Source of the DNA: a virus
Lineage: Duplodnaviria > Heunggongvirae > Uroviricota > Caudoviricetes
Virus record (IMG/VR): IMGVR_UViG_3300010882_000010
Length of the DNA stretch: 64,000 bases
Reading direction: 5' to 3' (one strand)
The notes under the pieces are model-generated. The model searched no databases and was not told the origin of the DNA. It worked only from the letters and a program-made list of their open reading frames with translations. The first letter of the stretch is position 1, and each line of letters opens with the position of its first letter. Below, in pieces: positions 55,219 to 62,129 of this stretch. The position numbers and the translations under genes are program-made.

Positions 55219-55624
55219 CAAAGTTGTTAAAAGACGTTTTAATAACCTGGAGAGTTCGAAATCTCCGATCGAGCATAGTTTAGAGGGAACAGCCTGTCTG
55301 TGTAGGTCTAATTGACCGATAAGACGGGCGGGTGTAAGGTTCGAATCCTTATGGTTTGGCAGAATTTTGATTTGAAATTATCATTAGAGGTGTTAGTCCA
55401 TGTAGATTAACACCTCAGTGGTTAGGAAATCAAAGAAAAAACAACAACAGAATACTAAACATTGCGATGAGGGTCTGCAATATGGTACTAGTAAAACATC
55501 TCCCAAGGTGAATTAGAGGCGGGTTCCGCGGCATGTTAAACCTTAAAACATTGAAGTTTGGTAATTCTGTTTTTTTAATTAGGTACAATAGTTAAAATGA
55601 AAAGGCAATAAGCCCAATAAAAAT

Positions 55625-55644
55625 AGAGATACATAGTAAAAAGA
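55625..55644 (+). promoter_or_regulatory. Copy 8 of the motif, degenerate (GAGATACATAGTAAAAAG).
   Basis: Upstream of the ATG at 55653 (Vsr-like endonuclease). Confidence 0.35.
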
Positions 55645-55652
55645 AGATTACT

Positions 55653-56471
55653 ATGCCTCGAAAAATTATTGATACTTTAAGAAATTGTGAAAATTGTGAA
55701 ATTGAATTTTTTGGACATACAAGGTTTTGTTCATTAAGTTGTAAAGGAAAGTATCTTGCCAAACGTTCATTAGAAGTACGAAAAGAATTGGGTGTATCTA
55801 TCGGAGCTAAAGTAGGTAGAAAAAACAAGAATGCACTTGGAAATTGGAAATGTGAAATTTGTGAAGAAGTTTTTAGAACAAGAAGAGAATTACAAGATCA
55901 TAAAAAAGTTCATGGAACAAGCATAGAACGAAACAAAGAAAAATTAAAAAAGGAGTACACTTGTCAATATTGTGGTAGATTGAAAATAACTACAAAAGAA
56001 GGTGCAACTAATCACGAAAGAGTTTGTAAAGAAAATCCTAATAGACAAAAAACATCACAAGAAGGAAAATCATTAACAGTAGAACACAAACAAAATGTTT
56101 CTAGAGGAATGAAAAAAGCACACGAAGAAGGACGAGCTTGGAATATTGGAAAAAGTAGATGGAATAATGAACCTTCTTATCCTGAAAAATGGTTTATGCA
56201 AGTAATAGAAAATGAGTTTAATGATAAATTGTATGAAAGAGAGTATTCTTGTAGTATTTACTCAATTGATTTTGCATGGGTGCATAAAATGAAAGGTATT
56301 GAAATTGATGGTTCACAACATCAAAGATTTAAAGAATATCAAGAAAGAGATGAGAGAAAAATGAAAAAGTGTACTGAATTTGGATGGAAAATTTTAAGAA
56401 TATCGTGGAAAGAATGTTTTAATAATCCAAAACAATGGATTAAAATAGCAAAAGAATTCATTGAAAATTAA
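55653..56471 (+). CDS. Homing endonuclease-like protein: C2H2/zinc-ribbon motifs, a NUMOD3-like segment, and a C-terminal DUF559/Vsr-like PD-(D/E)xK domain.
   Basis: CENCEIEF..CSLSC; CEICEEVFRTRRELQDHKKVH; NUMOD3-like LTVEHKQNVSRGMKKAHEEGR; C-terminal YSIDFAWVHKMKGIEIDGSQHQ...ERDERKMKKCTEFGWKILRISWKE. Inserted inside the tRNA array. Confidence 0.65.
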   Translation: MPRKIIDTLRNCENCEIEFFGHTRFCSLSCKGKYLAKRSLEVRKELGVSIGAKVGRKNKNALGNWKCEICEEVFRTRRELQDHKKVHGTSIERNKEKLKKEYTCQYCGRLKITTKEGATNHERVCKENPNRQKTSQEGKSLTVEHKQNVSRGMKKAHEEGRAWNIGKSRWNNEPSYPEKWFMQVIENEFNDKLYEREYSCSIYSIDFAWVHKMKGIEIDGSQHQRFKEYQERDERKMKKCTEFGWKILRISWKECFNNPKQWIKIAKEFIEN

Positions 56472-56472
56472 A

Positions 56473-56544
56473 GGGCTGGTAGCTCCAATGTAGAGCGGAA
56501 TCCTGTTAAGATTATGGTTGGTGGTTCAAGTCCACCCCAGCCCG
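56473..56544 (+). tRNA. tRNA-Asn (anticodon GTT).
   Basis: Acceptor gggctgg/ccagccc (perfect), D arm gctc-caatgta-gagc, anticodon arm gaatc-CTGTTAA-gatta, T arm ggtgg-ttcaagt-ccacc. Starts 2 nt after the upstream stop codon. Confidence 0.85.
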
Positions 56545-56745
56545 CAAAAAAATCAACAAACTGGATCCGACGTAATACAGAAGAAAAAACGGGGAAACAG
56601 AATTGCAATTAGATTGCTAATTTTGCTAATCATTTAGCTCATCCACAGTAGTCAGTTTGTTTTTAAAGAAATAGTGCGGGATAGACTGGAGGTGGTTCCA
56701 GCTCGGTCTCAATAAAGTATCCAACTTACTGTTAATTAGTTGGTT

Positions 56746-56791
56746 ACCGGAAAATAGTTGGAATATTAGGGTTCGAATCCTTATTCCGGTA
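56746..56791 (+). ncRNA. tRNA-like minihelix (acceptor stem plus T arm only).
   Basis: accggaa-aatagttggaatat-taggg/ttcgaat/cctta-ttccggt-a, with a perfect 7-bp acceptor-like stem. Confidence 0.4.
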
Positions 56792-56843
56792 CTAAGCCGA
56801 ACTACGTGGGTTCGACTCCCACTCCCGCTACAAAGTTTGATAC

Positions 56844-56897
56844 TTTTGATTTTTTGGGAAAAATCCGGATAGGTGAGTTCGAATCTCACATCAAAAG
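56844..56897 (+). ncRNA. tRNA-like minihelix (acceptor stem plus T arm only).
   Basis: ttttgat-tttttgggaaaaatccggatag-gtgag/ttcgaat/ctcac-atcaaaa-g, with a perfect 7-bp stem. Confidence 0.4.
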
Positions 56898-57119
56898 TAA
56901 AGAACCTAAAAGATAGGTTGTTAAGTGACTGAGCCTGAACGTATTCACTCTATGTACTCGGCTTTAACATGAAAGTAAAGGAAATTCCTGGGTGAACTAG
57001 CAGGTGGTAAAACTAGAACGAAGTAAGATGCTCTGTTTGAAGAATGAAACATCATCTGGCAACGGGGTTGTGTAGCCAAAGTTGACAACCAAGATCAACA
57101 CTTACTATCTTTTTCTCAT

Positions 57120-57192
57120 AGTGCTGAGGTCAAACGGTTAAGATGTCGCCCTGTCACGGCGTACGGAGCGGGTTCAACTCCCGTCAGCACTG
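57120..57192 (+). tRNA. tRNA-Asp (anticodon GTC).
   Basis: Acceptor agtgctg/cagcact (perfect), anticodon arm cgcc-CTGTCAC-ggcg, T arm gcggg-ttcaact-cccgt. Confidence 0.7.
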
Positions 57193-57600
57193 CATAATTA
57201 TCTAAAAAGATGCGGATTGAGTACTTTTGGTGAAACATGTGGAGAAACCAAAAGGATTAGCAAATTCAAGAAGGTGTTTTTAGGATTATGGCTTATTTGG
57301 ACTGCTATTCAAGTAGGTTGCAATAATTTCTAACTATTGGTGTAATTAGGTAACACGCTCTTCGAGGAGGAGGGAATTGAGAGTTCGAGTCTTTCATAGT
57401 AAGAAAGGTTTGCGTAGGTATTGCATAGCATTAAGGTTTAATGTGCTGGGAGGAAATCCCGGAGAATGGGTTCGAATCTCAACAATATCACAAAATGGCG
57501 AAGTACGCCCGTAATTGGTACACGGGGTCAATCTGAAAATTAAAAGATTGAATACTGCAAAGATTTCATTGTAAGTTCGATTCTTTCCTTCGCCGCAAAT

Positions 57601-57730
57601 TAGGGTGTAGCTCAGTGGTTAGAGCGCGTAAAATTCAACAACTAAAATCTGATAGTCAAAGGTTTTATGCAGCAAAAAATTAGAAATTGCATTCAGGAGC
57701 ACGATGTCGGTGGTTCGAATCCATCCACCC
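57601..57730 (+). tRNA. tRNA-like gene with a ~55-60 nt insertion in the anticodon region (candidate intron-containing or otherwise atypical tRNA).
   Basis: Canonical 5' half tagggtg-ta-gctc-agtggtta-gagc-g and 3' end ggtgg-ttcgaat-ccatc-cacccta (perfect 7-bp acceptor), but about 83 nt lie between the D stem and the T stem where about 22 are expected. Confidence 0.4.
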
Positions 57731-57817
57731 TAACTTTTTAAGTGCTTGTAGCAAAACGGCTTCGCCGCTGGCTTTTAACCAGCAGAAGGAGGTTCGACTC
57801 CTCCCAGGCACACTTAG

Positions 57818-57890
57818 GCTCTTATGGCGCAATTGGTAGCGCTGCTGGTTCTTACCCAGTAGGTTGGTGGTTCGAATCCATCTAGGAGTA
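57818..57890 (+). tRNA. tRNA-Lys (anticodon CTT).
   Basis: Acceptor gctctta/taggagt, D arm gcgc-aattggta-gcgc, anticodon arm gctgg-TTCTTAC-ccagt, T arm ggtgg-ttcgaat-ccatc. Confidence 0.7.
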
Positions 57891-58080
57891 CACAAAGGTT
57901 TCTTACAGCAACTTTTAGGACTCAACTTTTAATTGAACATTCTGAATGAAACCTGAAATTTTACATCCACAGTTTAATGGTTAAATACCTGAGATGCATG
58001 TCATGAAACTTGGGAGTTTGTCAGTTCGAGTCTGACTGGATGTGCTAAAAATCTTAACAAAATGGAAAACTTTAAGTAAT

Positions 58081-58156
58081 GGCCGAGTAGCTGCAATTGG
58101 TACAGCGCGGGTGTGAAGTACCCGGACTCTTGTAGGTTCGACTCCTACCTTGGCCA
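58081..58156 (+). tRNA. tRNA-Phe (anticodon GAA).
   Basis: Acceptor ggccgag/cttggcc, D arm gctg-caattggta-cagc, anticodon arm cgggt-GTGAAGT-acccg, T arm gtagg-ttcgact-cctac. Confidence 0.8.
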
Positions 58157-58165
58157 CAAAATCAT

Positions 58166-58241
58166 TGACCTCTAGCGAAATTGGTTTAATGCAGCGCGCT
58201 CATAACGCGAAGATGTACAGGTTCGAGTCCTGTGGGGTCAA
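58166..58241 (+). tRNA. tRNA with anticodon CAT (Met, initiator, or a lysidine-Ile tRNA).
   Basis: Acceptor tgacctc/ggggtca, anticodon arm gcgc-CTCATAA-gcgc, T arm acagg-ttcgagt-cctgt. Confidence 0.65.
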
Positions 58242-58247
58242 CAATAT

Positions 58248-58318
58248 TGGAGATTGTTGTAACAGTAGCGATTTGGTTTTACATACCAACAGAGGCGGGG
58301 CAGCACCGTCATCTCCAA
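58248..58318 (+). tRNA. tRNA-Val (anticodon TAC).
   Basis: Acceptor tggagat/atctcca (perfect), anticodon arm ttggt-TTTACAT-accaa, and a non-canonical T loop (ggcgg-ggcagca-ccgtc). Confidence 0.6.
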
Positions 58319-58327
58319 CAAACTTAT

Positions 58328-58399
58328 TGCCTGCTAGCTCAGAAGTAGAGCAATCGGCTGATATCCGATAGGTGCGAGGAGCATTACCTCGGCAGGCAA
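58328..58399 (+). tRNA. tRNA-Ile (anticodon GAT).
   Basis: Acceptor tgcctgc/gcaggca (perfect), D arm gctc-agaagta-gagc, anticodon arm atcgg-CTGATAT-ccgat, T arm cgagg-agcatta-cctcg (non-canonical loop). Confidence 0.7.
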
Positions 58400-58508
58400 C
58401 TAATCATAAAACACTTATGGATGCAATTCTTATCTATTGTTATCGTGGTAAGTTGCAGAATTTTTAAGTCGACTATGGAATTTTAAGTGCCCTTTGATGA
58501 TTCTTTAT

Positions 58509-58578
58509 TGCAATGTAGATAATGATAGTCATACGGTTTCATGAACCGGAAGTCTTGGTTTGAATCCAAGCATTGCAA
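58509..58578 (+). tRNA. Second tRNA with anticodon CAT (Met, fMet or Ile2); degenerate D arm.
   Basis: Acceptor tgcaatg/cattgca (perfect), anticodon arm cggt-TTCATGA-accg, T arm cttgg-tttgaat-ccaag. Confidence 0.5.
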
Positions 58579-58585
58579 CAATTAA

Positions 58586-58658
58586 GCCTCTGTAGTTCAA
58601 TTGGATAGAACAAGAGATTTCTAATCTCTAAATCGGGAATCATGCTCCTGTGGAGGTA
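58586..58658 (+). tRNA. tRNA-Arg (anticodon TCT).
   Basis: Acceptor gcctctg/tggaggt (3 G-U pairs), D arm gttc-aattggata-gaac, anticodon arm agaga-TTTCTAA-tctct, T arm cggga-atcatgc-tcctg. Confidence 0.65.
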
Positions 58659-58686
58659 CTAAATTTTAGTTTTCAAAAAATTACTT

Positions 58687-58703
58687 GGAATAGATAGAGA
58701 AAA
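58687..58703 (+). promoter_or_regulatory. Copy 9 of the motif, degenerate (GGAATAGATAGAGAAAA).
   Basis: Upstream of the HD-domain gene at 58707. Confidence 0.35.
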
Positions 58704-58706
58704 CAC

Positions 58707-59207
58707 TTGCCTATGGTAAGAAAATCTAATCAGGAAATAGTGGACCTAGCGGCACAACTCGCAAAAGAAATTCATGGTTCACAAGCTGATAAACAAGGTG
58801 TTAACTATTTTCAAGGTCATTTGACAGAAGTAGCAAGTCATTGTCGAGAATGGAAAGAAAAAATCATTGCATATTTGCATGATGTTAGTAAGTTCACAGA
58901 CATTTCAGAGTCTGAATTGGTAATGATTTTGCAAGATCGTTCAAATGGTAGATTAACAGACAAAATTGCAATAAAATTAAAGAAAGCACTTTGGCTTTTA
59001 GATCCAAAGAATTCAAAAACAAGAGAAGATTACATCGAGGGGATTAAAACTAATTATCTTGCAACAAAAGTAAAATTATGGGATTTGCAAGATAACATGA
59101 ACCTTGTTAAGATGAAAAATCCAAAACAGAAAGATTTTTTGAGAATACAAAAATACTATAAAGAGTATGCTAATTTGATTAATCTTTCTCATTACAAAGT
59201 ATTATAA
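58707..59207 (+). CDS. HD-domain phosphohydrolase-like protein.
   Basis: H ... HD arrangement: IHGSQADKQGVNYFQGHLTEVASH...IIAYLHDVSK. Preceded by a degenerate GGAATAGATAGAGAAAAC motif (58687-58703). Confidence 0.55.
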   Translation: MPMVRKSNQEIVDLAAQLAKEIHGSQADKQGVNYFQGHLTEVASHCREWKEKIIAYLHDVSKFTDISESELVMILQDRSNGRLTDKIAIKLKKALWLLDPKNSKTREDYIEGIKTNYLATKVKLWDLQDNMNLVKMKNPKQKDFLRIQKYYKEYANLINLSHYKVL

Positions 59208-59343
59208 TACAGGTCTTACCCAATGGATAGGGGGAATCGGTTACAACCCGATTAAAAATGTGCATTCGAATCGTCAAAGACCTGCTATTAAAAAAATCAA
59301 TAAAACTAAAACTTTTTTCATTCAAGGTATAATAATATTAAAT

Positions 59344-59473
59344 TGAAGGGTGGTGGAATTGGTATGCACCGGAGTCGAAAGGTTTTCTGAGATAAAAGAA
59401 AGTATGTAGTAATTATCGAATGGTAAAACCGGCGCTTAAAAAGCAATTGTAGGTTCAAGTCCTACCTCTTCAA
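59344..59473 (+). tRNA. tRNA-like gene with intact acceptor, D and T arms but a ~55 nt expanded central region.
   Basis: Acceptor tgaaggg/ctcttca, D arm ggtg-(g)aattggtatg-cacc, T arm gtagg-ttcaagt-cctac; total 130 nt. Confidence 0.35.
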
Positions 59474-60142
59474 CAAAATTAAAGGTTCCATACGGCAACT
59501 AATTCCAATTTGACTGTTACTCAAACTCCAACGGAACCTGAAGAAATCGCGACGGAAAAATGTGAAGTAAAAGGAGTCTCAAAAACCGTAATGGATATGA
59601 GATAGAGGTATGTGGTAGACCATTAATTGTAGGAAACTAGAATTAAAAAGTAATGAAAATTACAATCATAATAAGCAATTTTTCAAACAGTTACTTTAGT
59701 TGGTTCAAATCCAACACCGTCGCCAAAATACGTGATTATCCCGGTTCCCTTCGAGTTGAAAAATTCTAGAACACCGCGCTTAGGATAATCCTTTTTTACT
59801 GAATGGAATGTTAGTTTGGAAGCAGCTATTCATCTAAGGGGTGCGTAACAGCTCACCATTCAGAAGTCTCTAACAACCTCCATATGAATCAAGCCAGATT
59901 TTGTTCATTGTTAGAGTAAAAGCAAGAGTATGGATAGACAGAAATTGCAGGTGCAAAGTTGTGAGTAGTGGCGAGCGAAAACAGAGTGTCAGACATCAAG
60001 AACTTGAAAAGAACTGGCTGCGACAATCAAGTTCTTAATAATAGAGAGTGTTTAGAAATAGGCACTCTTTTTTCATTTTAACAGATTTTTAGCAAAACTT
60101 TTCCTAATTTTTGAGTTTAATTAAAAGCAAAAATTAAAATTA

Positions 60143-60159
60143 AGAATAGATAGTAAAAG
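60143..60159 (+). promoter_or_regulatory. Copy 10 of the motif (AGAATAGATAGTAAAAG).
   Basis: 8 nt upstream of the second TnpB-like gene (ATG at 60168). Confidence 0.45.
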
Positions 60160-60167
60160 TAATTAAC

Positions 60168-61406
60168 ATGATTTTATCAGAACAACACATCATTAAAAAA
60201 TCAAATCCTCTTTATCAAGAGTTAGATATGTTGTGTTTTTTATCTAAAAATCTCTACAATTTAGCTCTTTATTCTGTACGCCAACACTATTTTGAAACAG
60301 GAAAGTTTTTGGGAAAATTTGAGTTAATTAAGAACTTCACAAAGGAGAAACAGAAAGATTTTAAAAAATTAACGCATAGAGTAGCACAACAAATTATTTT
60401 TCAAGTAGAACAAGATATGCGTTCATTTTTTGCTCTTTTAAAGTTAAAACAAAAAGGACAATATCAAGGTAAAGTTAAATTACCTAAGTACAAAGAAAAA
60501 CAAGGTAGGAATGTAGCAATTTTTGAGATAATGGGTATTTCAGGAAAAGAATTAAAGAAAGGAATTATCAAATTTGGTGGAATGGAAATTAACAAAAAGT
60601 TTGTTCCGTTGGTTAAAAGAACCATCAAAACCAAACAATCTAAAGTTCAACAAGTTAGAATAATCCCTAAAAACGGATACTATACTGTAGAAGTGCTTTA
60701 CAAAGTAGAATCAAAACAAAAGAAAGAAGATAATCAAAAGTACTTATCAATTGATTTGGGCATAAACAACTTAGCAACTTTAACTTCTAATGTAACTAAA
60801 CCTATCATAGTAAACGGGAAACCTGTAAAGAGTATTAACCAATTTTACAATAAAACTAAAGCAAAACTCTCTTCACAATTAGAAACAGTAAACAAAACTA
60901 AATCATCAAAAAGAACTCAATCTTTATCCTTAAAGAGAAACAACAAAATTAAAGATTACTTTCACAAGACATCTAGATTCATAGTGAATCACGCAATTTC
61001 TAATGACCTTAATACCATAATTATCGGTAAAAATCAAGGCTGGAAACAAGACACAAATCTAGGTAGAGTTAATAATCAAAAGTTTGTTTCAATTCCGTTT
61101 AACAATTTAATTCAAATGATAAGCTACAAAGCTGAATTACAAGGAATTAAAGTTATTGTAAGAGAAGAAAGTTACACAAGCCAAGCAAGTTTCTTAGATA
61201 ATGATTTCATACCAAAGTATGGGGATAAGGAAATTAAGGAATTTAGCGGGAAAAGGATTAAGAGAGGTCTCTACCAGACTAAAAATGGTAGATTAATTAA
61301 TGCTGATGTTAACGGAAGTTTAAACATCATGAAAAAAGAAGTTCCAAATGCCTTAAATGGATATGGAATAGAGGTGTGCAGCACGCCATTAGTTGTAGGA
61401 TTCTAG
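60168..61406 (+). CDS. TnpB-like RuvC nuclease (IS200/IS605 OrfB family) with no zinc-finger cysteines.
   Basis: RuvC-I YLSIDLGINNLATL, RuvC-II VIVREESYTSQ, RuvC-III ADVNGSLNIMKK. There is no CxxC pair between the RuvC-II and RuvC-III motifs. Preceded by AGAATAGATAGTAAAAG (60143-60159). Confidence 0.75.
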   Translation: MILSEQHIIKKSNPLYQELDMLCFLSKNLYNLALYSVRQHYFETGKFLGKFELIKNFTKEKQKDFKKLTHRVAQQIIFQVEQDMRSFFALLKLKQKGQYQGKVKLPKYKEKQGRNVAIFEIMGISGKELKKGIIKFGGMEINKKFVPLVKRTIKTKQSKVQQVRIIPKNGYYTVEVLYKVESKQKKEDNQKYLSIDLGINNLATLTSNVTKPIIVNGKPVKSINQFYNKTKAKLSSQLETVNKTKSSKRTQSLSLKRNNKIKDYFHKTSRFIVNHAISNDLNTIIIGKNQGWKQDTNLGRVNNQKFVSIPFNNLIQMISYKAELQGIKVIVREESYTSQASFLDNDFIPKYGDKEIKEFSGKRIKRGLYQTKNGRLINADVNGSLNIMKKEVPNALNGYGIEVCSTPLVVGF

Positions 61407-61480
61407 AACTAAGAAAATTTCAGAAAATTAAAACTTTTTGAAAGTTAGTTGTAATAATAGCAATTAAAATTACTAAGAAG

Positions 61481-61810
61481 ATGAAGTATGTTAAAAAACC
61501 TATCCCGGTAGAATGTTACACTTGGGATGAAGTAATCCAAGATTTTCATGAAGAAAAGTTTGTTAAGAATGTTGTTATGCACACGAATGTAAAGGGTGAT
61601 ATCAATGGTGCTACTTTTGAAATTAACAATAGAACTATGAAATGGGATCCAATTAATGGAGTGATGAGAATTGGAACTTTAGAAGGAGAAATGACAATGC
61701 AACGTGCTGACATCCTGATAATTGGGGTTCGGGGGGAATGTTATCCCTGTAGAGGTGATATTTTTGAAGAGACATACGAATTGTATGTTGAAAATCACAA
61801 TTTCAATTAG
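61481..61810 (+). CDS. Hypothetical protein.
   Basis: 109-aa ORF. Confidence 0.5.
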   Translation: MKYVKKPIPVECYTWDEVIQDFHEEKFVKNVVMHTNVKGDINGATFEINNRTMKWDPINGVMRIGTLEGEMTMQRADILIIGVRGECYPCRGDIFEETYELYVENHNFN

Positions 61811-61815
61811 AAACT

Positions 61816-62112
61816 ATGAGCACATCAGAAATTAAAGCATGTCCAAGAACAATAGAGGAAATTTTTCCATTGACTATTGTAATGATGAGATATGGTGGTA
61901 AAATTGTGATTTGCAATACAATAGCTGATAATTCAACAATTCAGGATTTGCAAGAAAGTGAAGAGCCGATGTATGATATTGATGGGTACATAACAAAATG
62001 GAGTTGTTTTGACTATGGATATGGTGATACAATATGGCAAGCTTTTGAAGATTACCAAAAGAGAATTTTAGGAGAATGGCAAGTTCCTGGATTATCAAAA
62101 AGAAAAGACTAA
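61816..62112 (+). CDS. Hypothetical protein.
   Basis: 98-aa ORF. Confidence 0.45.
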   Translation: MSTSEIKACPRTIEEIFPLTIVMMRYGGKIVICNTIADNSTIQDLQESEEPMYDIDGYITKWSCFDYGYGDTIWQAFEDYQKRILGEWQVPGLSKRKD

Positions 62113-62129
62113 AAAGACTAAGAATACTA

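Noticed and set aside
55245-55275. T-arm-like hairpin ggaga-gttcgaaa-tctcc between tRNA-Glu and the next tRNA-like element.
   Set aside because: The loop is 8 nt and no complementary acceptor strand lies within range. It is probably a decayed tRNA fragment or a simple hairpin, so it is not called as a feature.
55276-55360. Candidate class-II (long variable arm) tRNA ending in taagg-ttcgaat-cctta-tggtttg.
   Set aside because: The T arm is perfect, but I could not find a 5' acceptor strand or a 7-nt anticodon loop consistent with it. It is left for covariance-model tools and mentioned only in the tRNA-array finding.
54867-59750. Searched for an amber, ochre or opal suppressor tRNA (anticodon CTA, TTA or TCA) to explain the in-frame TAG at 4864.
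   Set aside because: None of the tRNAs I could fold has a suppressor anticodon. The nearest look-alike loop (TTTCTAA at 58618) reads as a standard Arg-TCT anticodon in the only fold with 5 bp and a 7-nt loop. Recoding is therefore not supported by this window alone.
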